Shown piece by piece: positions 48,074 to 57,809 of a stretch of DNA of 63,371 nt. Source of the DNA: an uncultured virus (IMG/VR IMGVR_UViG_3300021399_004696) (lineage: Duplodnaviria; Heunggongvirae; Uroviricota; Caudoviricetes); the IMG/VR virus record IMGVR_UViG_3300021399_004696; one strand, written 5' to 3'. The translations under genes and the position numbers were made by a program. The first letter of the stretch is position 1. Each line of letters opens with the position of its first letter. The notes under the pieces are model-generated. The model was not told the origin of the DNA and did not search any database. It saw only the letters and a list, made by a program, of their open reading frames with translations.

Positions 48074-48520
48074 GTGAAACGTATGAGTGTGACTTTTGAC
48101 TTTGATGCAACAACATATCTGCAAAGCAGAAAAGAGATAATTAAATTTATTGGGGTTCAAGAACAGCATCTGGAGGTAATGTCCGGTAAGCTTGAAACTA
48201 ATACTGTTGTCGATTTTTCCAAAATACAGGTCCAATCCCGTTTTAATCCTGCACACGTAGAGAACCTTGCCATAGCTATTGCTTCGTTTGATAGGGATGT
48301 AAAAAAGCTCAAGCAACGTTTAAGTTATTATGATCAGTGCTTTTTTGACGCCTTAAAGTCTTTCAATGACTTGGAGCAGTTGGTGTTGTACAGCCATTAT
48401 TATTTATGTCTGCCTCTGAAAGAGGCGTTGATCACTGCACACTGCAGGGGTGAAAACTTCGGGAAAAATACATGCGACCGCTTCAAAAAGGTTTTTTATG
48501 ACCTGGTTGAGCAAACTTAA
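48074..48520 (+). CDS. hypothetical protein, weak RinA/ArpU-like regulator
   Basis: ALKSFNDLEQLVLYSHYY resembles the ArpU/RinA C-terminal region. Confidence 0.55.
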   Translation: MKRMSVTFDFDATTYLQSRKEIIKFIGVQEQHLEVMSGKLETNTVVDFSKIQVQSRFNPAHVENLAIAIASFDRDVKKLKQRLSYYDQCFFDALKSFNDLEQLVLYSHYYLCLPLKEALITAHCRGENFGKNTCDRFKKVFYDLVEQT

Positions 48521-48650
48521 GTGTGCATATATTGTGCATTCCCGTTCGTTTGGGAGACAGATTTTTATAAATAAATATTTTATAATATAGCATATAAAAG
48601 TTTGTTCAGACCCAGCGATCGAGCGTTTAGCAGATCGCTTTTTTATTGCA

Positions 48651-49220
48651 ATGAAAAGGAGAATTCCCATGAAAGACAACTATTTGCCGAGTTCGAGAGG
48701 AAAACGTACAGTTTCTTATTTTGATCCGCCCGCAGCCCCCGGTGACAGCCGAAAAGGGCAGATGGCCGTGCTTGATGACAATAAAGAAAGCATGGTCTGG
48801 GTTCTGTCCGAATATGTTGATTGTTCAAAGGTGACAGCAGTTTATGCCATTTCTTCTGAATACGGGAAGTGGTTTGCTCATCGATATGATAACGGAATTC
48901 CTTGTTCTGGCTTCTTTGAAAATCCTAACGAAGCGGCAAAATGCGCGGCTAAGGAGATGAAGTTGACTTTGAAGGAAGCTCAAAAAGTATGGAAATCGAT
49001 GGGGCTTTATAGAGAAACGCCCAGCGGAACATTTTATACAACAGCGATTCGATCCAAAAATCACAAGGAAACGGTCAGAGAAGAGAAGAGAGAACATTTT
49101 GAACAGCATCAGGAAAAGTTGAAGCAGGCTATGAAAGATTCAGAGGTGAAACGTTCACCTGATGTTTCTTTTGAAGATGTATTTGATGCCGAAAAGCTTT
49201 CCAAGCACTTCAATCTGTAA
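48651..49220 (+). CDS. hypothetical protein
   Basis: ORF; start may be ATG 48669. Confidence 0.68.
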   Translation: MKRRIPMKDNYLPSSRGKRTVSYFDPPAAPGDSRKGQMAVLDDNKESMVWVLSEYVDCSKVTAVYAISSEYGKWFAHRYDNGIPCSGFFENPNEAAKCAAKEMKLTLKEAQKVWKSMGLYRETPSGTFYTTAIRSKNHKETVREEKREHFEQHQEKLKQAMKDSEVKRSPDVSFEDVFDAEKLSKHFNL

Positions 49221-49241
49221 TCAGTCAAGGAGGAAAAGCGT

Positions 49242-50156
49242 ATGCAGGAATTTAATTTTGATACGGATAAGACAAAACCTTTTATAGCAGAAGCCCCTTC
49301 TTTGGTTCCTGCTGATGAAACCAGCGACTATGCATCAGAGCTTTATAAAAAAGGCTGGATGCTTGTCGTCAAAAAAGACGCAAATGCAGGGGTAATCCCT
49401 GTTTGGACCAGGAAAGAAAAGATAACGCCCGACACTATGCGGGTGCTTGCTCTTTCAGTTGAATTTGATAACTATGTACTTACTTTTGTAGATAGTGGGG
49501 ATACACTTAGAGACTCGTTCAAGATCAAAACTCAGGGCGAGGAGGCAATCCGCACGGCGGCTAAGTATATGGGTCTTAGCGTAAACGAAACAGAAGGGTT
49601 GTGGATGAGACTTGATCTCATGTATTGCGGAGTGCCTGTATCGTACAGACCTGTGCTTATCGATGGAGACGACGCTTCGGAAGTAACTTTCGGTATCAAG
49701 CAGGAGTTTTTAAGGGAGCACAAGGACTATAAAAACCGCACATATGAAGAAGAATGGATCGCCTTCAATCGTGTCGATGTGTGTCCGCCCAGCACTGATG
49801 TAAAAATCAATAAGTATTTTGATGCCGACAGAAATAAGATTCTTCCTGAGTATCCCGGCCTGTCGCCTGCCAGACGTGAACAGATAATGAAAATGGATCT
49901 TTCTCCTGAGGGTATTCAGAAATACTACGAAGAAAACGGTATCGGAACTTTGCGTAAAAAAGGTAAGACACCTGTGGTTACAACAGCAGCCCGTGAAGTT
50001 AAAAAGATCAAAGATAAGAGGGAAGAGGGGTTCCTTGATCGTCTTAAGGAGCATAAGCTCATCGAAGTTGAAACGATTCCCGCCAGGAAGGGCCAGATCA
50101 GTTTCGATGATATCTTCCAAACAATGAATCTTGACGCTAACGGATTGGAGGGATAA
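49242..50156 (+). CDS. hypothetical protein (QISF clamp-binding-like motif near C-terminus)
   Basis: AAGGAGG RBS; shares a segment type with 48651-49220 (AAKYMGLSVNE / AAKEMKLTLKE). Confidence 0.75.
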   Translation: MQEFNFDTDKTKPFIAEAPSLVPADETSDYASELYKKGWMLVVKKDANAGVIPVWTRKEKITPDTMRVLALSVEFDNYVLTFVDSGDTLRDSFKIKTQGEEAIRTAAKYMGLSVNETEGLWMRLDLMYCGVPVSYRPVLIDGDDASEVTFGIKQEFLREHKDYKNRTYEEEWIAFNRVDVCPPSTDVKINKYFDADRNKILPEYPGLSPARREQIMKMDLSPEGIQKYYEENGIGTLRKKGKTPVVTTAAREVKKIKDKREEGFLDRLKEHKLIEVETIPARKGQISFDDIFQTMNLDANGLEG

Positions 50157-50158
50157 AC

Positions 50159-50683
50159 ATGAAACAGTTTGCGATCGCGATTGAAACTACCGGTCTCGGT
50201 AAGAACAGAGTTGATGAAATATTAGCTTTAGCGGTTGTGGATTGTGCTACCGAAAAGTGTTTATCTAACTCTCTTTTCCGTCCCCAGTTTGTTACAGAGT
50301 GGGTAGAATCGGAAAAATTTAATCACATTTCTTTCCAAGATGTAATGCAAAAGCGTAGCTTGATCGAGGTTGCTCCTCAGGTTTCGGCTTTTCTTAAGCA
50401 GGCGGATGAATTGATTGCCTTTAACGGGCCGTTTACAGCGAACTTTTTAAATAGCGCGGGGGTTAAGTATCCGTCTATTGTAGACGTTCAGGGAATGTTT
50501 TCTGAAGTTTTCCAAGGCTCGCCGAACTTTAGCTTCGTAAATCTTAAGACTATGTGCAGATATTACGGGATTGACAGTTCTTTATCTACACCCGTTGAAA
50601 AGGCAGTAGCTCTGGCACAATGCTACAAGCAACTCGAACAAAATCTGACCTTGTTTGAAACGCCCGGTGACCACGATCTGTAA
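50159..50683 (+). CDS. degenerate DnaQ/DEDDh 3'-5' exonuclease-like protein (C-terminus DHDL)
   Basis: AIAIETTGL..DEILALAVVD..FNHI..LIAFNGPF..LKTMCRYYGI; catalytic acidic residues and His missing. Confidence 0.75.
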   Translation: MKQFAIAIETTGLGKNRVDEILALAVVDCATEKCLSNSLFRPQFVTEWVESEKFNHISFQDVMQKRSLIEVAPQVSAFLKQADELIAFNGPFTANFLNSAGVKYPSIVDVQGMFSEVFQGSPNFSFVNLKTMCRYYGIDSSLSTPVEKAVALAQCYKQLEQNLTLFETPGDHDL

Positions 50684-50761
50684 CCGTCCGCTTGTTATTA
50701 AAACACTTATAGAAGCTCTGTACATAACAGGGCTCTTATTTATGAAAGGTGGGTGATGATA

Positions 50762-51184
50762 ATGGATAAACAGTTGGCAGTTGATAAAAAATATAAGAAT
50801 CTTCATAACAAGGCGGTAGATTTCTACCTGAAAACTTTAGATAAAGAGCCCGCTGAAAAATACCAAATGTGGAAAACACTTTCGGTTGGAGTTCAGTCCG
50901 TTATTAATGACATCGAGCTTGAGCAAGATCCTGTTCCTGTTCAGGATAAAGAGACTGCAACATACGTAATGACGCTATTAGGATATACGACCGAAGACGG
51001 TTTAACTTTCATAAATAACACAGAAACAGGCGTTACGGTTCAAGAAGTATATCTATCTTCAGAGGATCTCATTTCACATGTTAACAAAAAGATTCTTAGT
51101 GAAGAACAGTACGACATGATCGAATCGGCTCTCAGGGAAGAGCAGGCGCAAGCGTTAGGCATACAAGCAGCAATCTCACTGTAA
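50762..51184 (+). CDS. hypothetical protein
   Basis: ORF; start uncertain. Confidence 0.65.
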   Translation: MDKQLAVDKKYKNLHNKAVDFYLKTLDKEPAEKYQMWKTLSVGVQSVINDIELEQDPVPVQDKETATYVMTLLGYTTEDGLTFINNTETGVTVQEVYLSSEDLISHVNKKILSEEQYDMIESALREEQAQALGIQAAISL

Positions 51185-51197
51185 AGAGGTTTTACTT

Positions 51198-52097
51198 ATG
51201 GTTTTACGAGACATTATTAACGAAACTTATTCTTTAGCACGTAGCAAGTGCAACAAAGCTCATTTAAATCAAGAGGTCTTTGAAGGGAAGAAACTTATTT
51301 ATAAGTCTATCGATCCTTACGAAAAAACAGGTTCTCATGAAGGCTATATAGAGCTGTTATGGAGAACCTGTTATAACCTTCAGGCTTTTTGCGGGGTTAA
51401 TGATATTGTTTCCAAATATGAAGCTTTAAACGGCACGCCGTCGTTTGCTACCGTAGACAGCATGGTCGAAAAACTTGCCCGAGCCTGCATTGAAAAGGCC
51501 GGCGACAAAAACTACAGTGCTGCGGTAGCATTAGGGCCCATGATATACATGTCAGCTCAAGAGGCTGCACGAGATATGAATGCAACATCGGACTATTTTA
51601 ACCGTGCTTATAGGATGTATGAAAATCCTACTGCCATGTATTTTTTGACCAAGTCCAGTAATGATAAAGAGATCGGATATAAAAGGCTTTTGAAGACCAA
51701 CGATTTCATGGTTTTTATGGAGTGTTTTAAAGAGGCGGTAAGAAACAACTGTCTTCACAACGGGGTTGTTGACGAAAACGCTGTTTTTGGCTTTATTCAA
51801 GATAGTTTAGCCATTACGCAAAACACTATTCAGTCCTTGAATCTGCTGTTTCCGCCGTCTTTTAAAGAGTTCGATTCCGAAGATTTTTCTACTATGACTT
51901 CCGAAAGGTTTTTATCTCTTTTGGAAGATATTAACGACGCTTGTTGCACTATATCGACATTTACCTCTACGCCGCTTAAACAGGTCTGGCAGGAATTGGG
52001 TATGGCTACCGGGCTTTCAAACGAGTTCGTTCCGGGATTTATTTTCCCGGATGATGCAATATCAGTATTAGAGAACAATGACAGAATATCTTTATAA
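51198..52097 (+). CDS. hypothetical protein
   Basis: Long ORF with RBS. Confidence 0.72.
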   Translation: MVLRDIINETYSLARSKCNKAHLNQEVFEGKKLIYKSIDPYEKTGSHEGYIELLWRTCYNLQAFCGVNDIVSKYEALNGTPSFATVDSMVEKLARACIEKAGDKNYSAAVALGPMIYMSAQEAARDMNATSDYFNRAYRMYENPTAMYFLTKSSNDKEIGYKRLLKTNDFMVFMECFKEAVRNNCLHNGVVDENAVFGFIQDSLAITQNTIQSLNLLFPPSFKEFDSEDFSTMTSERFLSLLEDINDACCTISTFTSTPLKQVWQELGMATGLSNEFVPGFIFPDDAISVLENNDRISL

Positions 52098-52572
52098 CAA
52101 TCCGCCCATAACAAAGTGGGCGCTCATAATACTGTCGGGGATAGTGGTTTTTGCATGGTTTAGCAGTTGGGCTAAGCGCAAGTTAATAACCAGTATTCCA
52201 CTGTCACGTATCGATCGGATGTCCGGAACGGCATTTGAGCAGTATTTGGTGAAGCTTTACAGAGCGGCAGGTTATAACGTAACGCATTTAGGAGGTTCAG
52301 GCGATTACGGAGCGGATCTGATCATAAGCCAAGGCAATAAACGGGTTGCAATACAGGCTAAACGATACTCAAACAAAGTATCTTTACCTGCGGTTCAACA
52401 GATCTATACAGCCTGTGCCTTTTATGATTGCAACAGAGCGATAGTAGTAACTAACAGCTATTTTACCCGCAATGCCAGGCGTCTGGCAGATAAAGTCGGG
52501 GTAGAGCTGATAGATAGAGATGAACTAACAGATTTTATAAACGACTTACAGAAAGGAGTGGCAAGACTATGA
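52078..52572 (+). CDS. membrane-anchored Mrr-family restriction endonuclease domain protein
   Basis: N-terminal TM; MSGTAFE..GY..GDYGADL..IQAKRY..VVTNSYFT. Confidence 0.85.
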   Translation: MTEYLYNNPPITKWALIILSGIVVFAWFSSWAKRKLITSIPLSRIDRMSGTAFEQYLVKLYRAAGYNVTHLGGSGDYGADLIISQGNKRVAIQAKRYSNKVSLPAVQQIYTACAFYDCNRAIVVTNSYFTRNARRLADKVGVELIDRDELTDFINDLQKGVARL

Positions 52573-52766
52573 CATTCGAAGAAAAGGTAAAGGTTTTGAA
52601 AAAGCTTAAGACGGCAGGAATTACTGATCTTAAGTCGTTGGCAGCTTTAGATACAAAGGCCATTATCAATCTCGCGAACAAAAATTTTAACACCATTGAA
52701 GGCATTGTAGATCTTCAGGAAAACGCTAAAGATTTGTTCAGTTACTTGATGGATGACGCAAAGTAA
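52569..52766 (+). CDS. hypothetical protein
   Basis: ATGA coupling, AAGGAG RBS. Confidence 0.62.
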   Translation: MTFEEKVKVLKKLKTAGITDLKSLAALDTKAIINLANKNFNTIEGIVDLQENAKDLFSYLMDDAK

Positions 52767-52837
52767 TCTTTCTGCATAACAGGGAAGAGAGGGCAACCCC
52801 CTCTTTTCTTTTGCAGATTTTTTAGAGGAGAATAACT

Positions 52838-53899
52838 ATGAACGAAATATCTTTGATTGATTATTTTGATAGAGCCGGCATTCAGTATAGAAGGACCGGT
52901 AGCTCTACATATGAACTTGAAGAGCATGATTCGTTTAAGTTTGATATTGAAAAGAACACTTTTAACTGGTTTTCGCGCGGCATAGGCGGGCGCAGTGCTT
53001 GGGATTACGTAAAAAAGGTTGAGTTCAATGGTAACGCCACTAATAAAGAGATCGCGGATCGTATCAAGCAGGTAATGGGCGAACAGTCTTTGGACGACGG
53101 TTCTACCGACTTTAAACCTGTAGAGCACAGTGCTGAAATAAAAGATGCCAAGAGCGCTGAGAGGACTTTTGAAAAAGGCGCTTTCAAGTTGCCTGCGGCC
53201 TCTACCAGTACCAGACAGTTAAAACAGTATTTGTGTAACGAACGCGGTCTGGCTGAGACGGTTGTAAATGCTTTTATTGCTACCAGGCAGCTTTATGAAT
53301 CTAATGTGCCTAAAGAGATTAACGGGCGCATGTTATATATACATAACGCAGTCTTTGTTAGATTTGACGAGAGTGGCGTTCCTGTTGCAGCGCATCAGAA
53401 AGGCTTGCGAGTAAGTAAAGACGGCACAAAGTTTTCAGGCGACGTGCCTAATTCGGCTAAGGAAGCTAACCTTTTTACTTTTCCGCTTAATCCGCCTGAG
53501 AGCACTACAAGTATTTTCCTTTGTGAAGCTGAAGTGGATCTTATGTCATTCCTTACTTTGCAGCTTGAAGGAGGGAGACAGTGGAATCAGTTTTGTTGTG
53601 GTTCGTTAGGTGGTGTCAACAAGCAGCAATCTATTACTACCGGGCTCGAAAAGTTTTTGGATAGTCATCCGAACATAGAAACAGTAGTTATTGGATTTGA
53701 CAAAGATGAGACCGGGCAGCTGGCGGCTGAATCGCTGAAAGGACATTTGATCGAACGCGGTATTACTGACGTACGTATTCAGATCCCGAAGGATGGTATT
53801 GATGGTACACACTGTAAGGACTGGAATGACTGTCTGGTTCAGTTCCGTAAGGGGAACTTTGAGATCTCAAACAAAAGGCCTGAAAGACGGGGCTTATAA
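52838..53899 (+). CDS. Toprim-domain primase-like protein (DUF3991 type; C-terminus RRGL)
   Basis: EHDS..FNWFS, YLCNERGL, EAEVDLMS, FDKDETG, KDWND. Confidence 0.85.
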   Translation: MNEISLIDYFDRAGIQYRRTGSSTYELEEHDSFKFDIEKNTFNWFSRGIGGRSAWDYVKKVEFNGNATNKEIADRIKQVMGEQSLDDGSTDFKPVEHSAEIKDAKSAERTFEKGAFKLPAASTSTRQLKQYLCNERGLAETVVNAFIATRQLYESNVPKEINGRMLYIHNAVFVRFDESGVPVAAHQKGLRVSKDGTKFSGDVPNSAKEANLFTFPLNPPESTTSIFLCEAEVDLMSFLTLQLEGGRQWNQFCCGSLGGVNKQQSITTGLEKFLDSHPNIETVVIGFDKDETGQLAAESLKGHLIERGITDVRIQIPKDGIDGTHCKDWNDCLVQFRKGNFEISNKRPERRGL

Positions 53900-53933
53900 C
53901 AAAAATTTTGGCTAAAACAGAAAGGAATTGAGT

Positions 53934-54848
53934 ATGAACTGTTTTTATATTGATTATTTTAAGGATCTTCGTAACGCAAGTGCTGAAGCGATAAGTGTGA
54001 TCCTCGGGGCGGAAGCCGGTGCTTCTAAAAACACAAAAATGTCTCGATACAACAGAATAGTTAATCAGCACTATCCTTTCCCTGAAGAAGTCGCTGATAA
54101 GCTCGGTGAGTTTTTTAAGGTTTCTCCGCACTGGTTTACCATTGCACCTAATCTTTTAACGTTTGGAAATCTTTTTTATTATCTGTTGCTCGGACTTCAG
54201 CAACTTCCCGGAGCGGTTTTGGAAGTAGAAGGTAAGCCTGAATCTCGGCAGATCAACGATTCCACGCTGGAAAAATATTTGGAAGAATATAACCAGAAGA
54301 AGTACGAGTTGTGGGATAAGAAGATTACCGAAGATGAGTGGCATGAATATCAGTATAACTGTCTTAAGAGGTCGGATAAGTTCGTAATGAACTCTAACCG
54401 CATGATGATCGACTATGTAAAATCCCAGAATATCAAGATCCCTGTATTGGCAAAAGCCTTAAGTAAAGATCTTCATTCATCTGAAGAACTTACGTTGCGT
54501 GCTTTACGTAAAGCTTTAAACAGTGTAGGAAGACCCAGCAGAAGCTTTATCAAGGCGTTCTGCAACCAGATGGGACTTATTGAAGATGACTGGGATTGTG
54601 AGTTCTATTTCAGTGCTCCCGAAGATTATTTCAATCTGTTTGTAGTAGCAGATGTTATGATCTGCCCTTTTAATTGCTTCAGGGAAAAGAATCTGGATAA
54701 CAGTCTTATAGTTGCTTTTGATAGAGAAACTTTTATGAACGCCTGGATGAGCTCCAAACTTAATGAAGACGAAGAAGTCAATGCTTGGGAAGTAAATGCC
54801 GAAGAGCTTAATGACTTTGATGTTTTCCGCGATACTGAAGGAGACTAA
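53934..54848 (+). CDS. hypothetical protein, possible HTH domains
   Basis: KMSRY..ADKLGEFFKVSPHW resembles an XRE-type domain. Confidence 0.62.
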   Translation: MNCFYIDYFKDLRNASAEAISVILGAEAGASKNTKMSRYNRIVNQHYPFPEEVADKLGEFFKVSPHWFTIAPNLLTFGNLFYYLLLGLQQLPGAVLEVEGKPESRQINDSTLEKYLEEYNQKKYELWDKKITEDEWHEYQYNCLKRSDKFVMNSNRMMIDYVKSQNIKIPVLAKALSKDLHSSEELTLRALRKALNSVGRPSRSFIKAFCNQMGLIEDDWDCEFYFSAPEDYFNLFVVADVMICPFNCFREKNLDNSLIVAFDRETFMNAWMSSKLNEDEEVNAWEVNAEELNDFDVFRDTEGD

Positions 54849-54850
54849 AA

Positions 54851-55465
54851 ATGCCTCATAGATATTACTTTTATAAAAGTACTGATCCGTTTATCGGAGG
54901 TAACAGTAACGGGTATTCAAGTAATTATCGCCTTGTTAATGTATGCAATAAATTGGATCGACTGCGTTTAAATGGTTGTTTAGTCATTTCTAAAAGTAGG
55001 GTCATTCCAATAAATTCTGCAATTCAAACCTTTACTCAAGCAGTTCAGATAATAAAGCAAAACTCTGAATATTCCGAGATAATGGGGTATTCGTGGAAAA
55101 AGTGCGACCGCAAAGCCGGACTTAACGGGGTCGGTATGGATGTTTTGCAAGAAACCGGAATGTTCAGACTGTTTTTTGAAGAGGATAAACCTTTACATAT
55201 GTCGTCTATAAGCACGACTCCTGACAAACTGTTCTGGAAAGAAAGTGCGTTTTTTGAGTTTGATAAAAACGTGCCTTTGAAAGAGCAAGGCCTTATATAT
55301 GAGTCTTTAAGTGATGGGTCGGTAAGCCCTGAACAGATAAAACACTGTTTAACCGATTTTTCCAAAAAACTTCTTGCTTATGAATTCAAAGCAGGAATAG
55401 TGAAAACGGAAAACATCGAAAAAGCTAAGGAGGTGTATATAAATGAAAGAGGGTTACATAGTTAA
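54851..55465 (+). CDS. hypothetical protein
   Basis: ORF; weakly similar to the next ORF (IQTFTQAV / IHDFQEAV). Confidence 0.65.
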   Translation: MPHRYYFYKSTDPFIGGNSNGYSSNYRLVNVCNKLDRLRLNGCLVISKSRVIPINSAIQTFTQAVQIIKQNSEYSEIMGYSWKKCDRKAGLNGVGMDVLQETGMFRLFFEEDKPLHMSSISTTPDKLFWKESAFFEFDKNVPLKEQGLIYESLSDGSVSPEQIKHCLTDFSKKLLAYEFKAGIVKTENIEKAKEVYINERGLHS

Positions 55466-56000
55466 CAAAGGTGTATTGGGGGTGAGTAATTGCCGAACAT
55501 CCGTACCCGAGATGCATTTTGTATCAGATACAGTGGTCAAGGAAAGCGCCAAGAAAGGTTTTCTTGTACAAAAAACAACCCGCATTTACGGCGTTAACGA
55601 AGAAAGTTATATTCATGATTTTCAGGAAGCCGTTCTATTGATCAAAGCTTATGACGATCTGGAAGTACCTCGAAAAGAATCCTATAAGTTCTGCGAGAGC
55701 GCCGACATCAAACCTTTTTTGGATGCGCTCCAAGGTGTTAACAGGATCTCTATCACTGATAAAGATTCATTAAGTGTTGTTACCTTGAACTACGATCTTG
55801 AAAACAGTGACGTGCTTCTCACTAAATACAACGTGTTTGAACTCAAAAAGGAGCTTTCCTACGACGATAAACAAAGATTATCGGAAGAGCTGAATGCTTC
55901 GCGTATGGGGGTAGATGCTTTGATTCCGGATATAGTTGAGAGCATAGCAGGGAAGACTTCGTTGCCCATTTTGCATAACAACAATTTAAACATAGGATGA
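55443..56000 (+). CDS. hypothetical protein
   Basis: AAGGAGG RBS. Confidence 0.68.
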   Translation: MKEGYIVNKGVLGVSNCRTSVPEMHFVSDTVVKESAKKGFLVQKTTRIYGVNEESYIHDFQEAVLLIKAYDDLEVPRKESYKFCESADIKPFLDALQGVNRISITDKDSLSVVTLNYDLENSDVLLTKYNVFELKKELSYDDKQRLSEELNASRMGVDALIPDIVESIAGKTSLPILHNNNLNIG

Positions 56001-56013
56001 GGAGGACAGATGT

Positions 56014-57060
56014 ATGTACAACAAAAGTAAATCGGGTTCAAAAGACACAAGATATGAAGATTTTCAGAAAAAGCTCGTACAGTATATAGTAGATAATCTG
56101 GATCAGGGCTTTTTGTGGAAGCCCGGATGGAACAGAGCCGACGGCGGCCTTAATCCGTACAGCTTAGTAAGAGGCACTGAATACTCTGGTCTAAACGCCA
56201 TGATGTTGTGGTGTGTTGCTGATGATAAGACATACTCTACTAACGGGTGGTTAACATTCAACGATGCAAAAAAGCTTGAAGGCAATGTTAAGAAGGGGGA
56301 ACACGGTGTTCCTTGTTTCAGAGCCATTTTTAAGCCTGTTGAAAGAGAGGTTTGTGACCTTTCAGGCAAGCCTATCAAGAACGAAGACGGCACTATCAAG
56401 ACTAAGAAGGTAAGTGAATTTAAAGGTATTAACTGGTTCACTTTGTTTAATTACGATCAGTGTGAAAATCTGCCTCCTTTGGATTCTTTTAAGACCTATA
56501 ATGAAAGAGTTTTTACCGCTGGCCAGATCCCTTCTGATGAATATATGGCTTTGACAGAAGAGTTGTGTTCACAGGCGTTTGTTCCTGTCAGATGGTATGG
56601 CAACAAGGCTTATTACAGACCTTCTACAGATACAGTTACCATTCCTGAGAAAGAACGCTGGGATTCAGGGCAACACGCTTTTTCAGTTGCTACACACGAG
56701 TTGTCTCATGCAAGCGGGCATGAATCTCGCCTGAATCGAGATACGTTGAACATGTTTGGAACAGAAGCATATGCGTTTGAAGAGCTGGTCGCAGAACTTT
56801 CAAGTTCGTTTATATGCGCTAAATATGGTGTTAACCGCGAGATCGAAGAATCTTCCGTAGCTTATATAAAGAGCTGGTCCAAGCGCATTAAAGACACTCC
56901 TGAGTTCTTTTTCAAAGAAGTCATGCCTTTGGCCAACGCAGCTTATAAATTTGTAGTTAGTGAATGCGGGATTGATGATCTGGCCAAAAAGCATATTGGA
57001 GACTTTTCTACTTTCAGTCCTGAAGAAAGCTCCATTGAAGAGGGGGTTCCCAGTTTATAA
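56014..57060 (+). CDS. ardC: antirestriction protein ArdC (ssDNA-binding plus zincin domain)
   Basis: YSGLN, WLTFN..VKKGEHG, LFNYDQ, AYYRPSTD, HELSHASGHESRLNR, YAFEELVAEL, YIKSW. Confidence 0.9.
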   Translation: MYNKSKSGSKDTRYEDFQKKLVQYIVDNLDQGFLWKPGWNRADGGLNPYSLVRGTEYSGLNAMMLWCVADDKTYSTNGWLTFNDAKKLEGNVKKGEHGVPCFRAIFKPVEREVCDLSGKPIKNEDGTIKTKKVSEFKGINWFTLFNYDQCENLPPLDSFKTYNERVFTAGQIPSDEYMALTEELCSQAFVPVRWYGNKAYYRPSTDTVTIPEKERWDSGQHAFSVATHELSHASGHESRLNRDTLNMFGTEAYAFEELVAELSSSFICAKYGVNREIEESSVAYIKSWSKRIKDTPEFFFKEVMPLANAAYKFVVSECGIDDLAKKHIGDFSTFSPEESSIEEGVPSL

Positions 57061-57072
57061 GGAGGTATTGAT

Positions 57073-57774
57073 ATGGGCGTAGGTAGTTTTGTTTTAGATT
57101 CCAACACGGATATGGATTATATAGACAAGGCGTTGAGAAAAGCGATTGCCAGCGGGGAACCTGACAAACAGTTGGAAGCTTTGTATTTTGCAAGATTTGC
57201 AAACGAAAACAAGATCTTTAAGATAGATGCTGATAACCTTTGTTTGAGCATCTTCAGGCACACTTCAAAATACGCCGAAAACGATTGGGCTAACCTTGCT
57301 AACGAGATGCATACTTTTGATTTTAGTGAGATAACTGCCAGAACCATAGGTTTAGGTTTAGTCGAGCACGCACCTGTTCATTCTCTGGCAAGCGGTAAAT
57401 GGTTGGCCAGCAGGGAAGTGGTAGCAAGTTTTACGGAAAAATGTGTAAATCCTGACGATCTGGGGTTGGTCATAACTAATGTTTATGTCACCCAGGATTC
57501 AAGAGGCGACATAGATCGACATATTTCATCCCGCATCAGATTGCTGTCCAACGCATTGTTAGGTATGAATGATGAAAAGAAAAAGCTGGCCTTAAAGAAG
57601 GACATCATGAAATATCAGCAGATCCAAAAGGATAATCTGACACGGATGCAAGAGGAAAATTTTGATTTCTTTGAAAATCACGTAGAAGCTCAGATGCAAA
57701 GCCAGTCGACTGGGCTTCCTTACGATAAAACTGTCGGGCATGAGCGTTACAGACGCGGTCCCAGAGGGGCTTAA
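57073..57774 (+). CDS. hypothetical protein
   Basis: AAGGAGG RBS. Confidence 0.72.
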   Translation: MGVGSFVLDSNTDMDYIDKALRKAIASGEPDKQLEALYFARFANENKIFKIDADNLCLSIFRHTSKYAENDWANLANEMHTFDFSEITARTIGLGLVEHAPVHSLASGKWLASREVVASFTEKCVNPDDLGLVITNVYVTQDSRGDIDRHISSRIRLLSNALLGMNDEKKKLALKKDIMKYQQIQKDNLTRMQEENFDFFENHVEAQMQSQSTGLPYDKTVGHERYRRGPRGA

Positions 57775-57809
57775 AGAAATCAGTACCAAATGTTAAGTAA
57801 CACCTTTTA

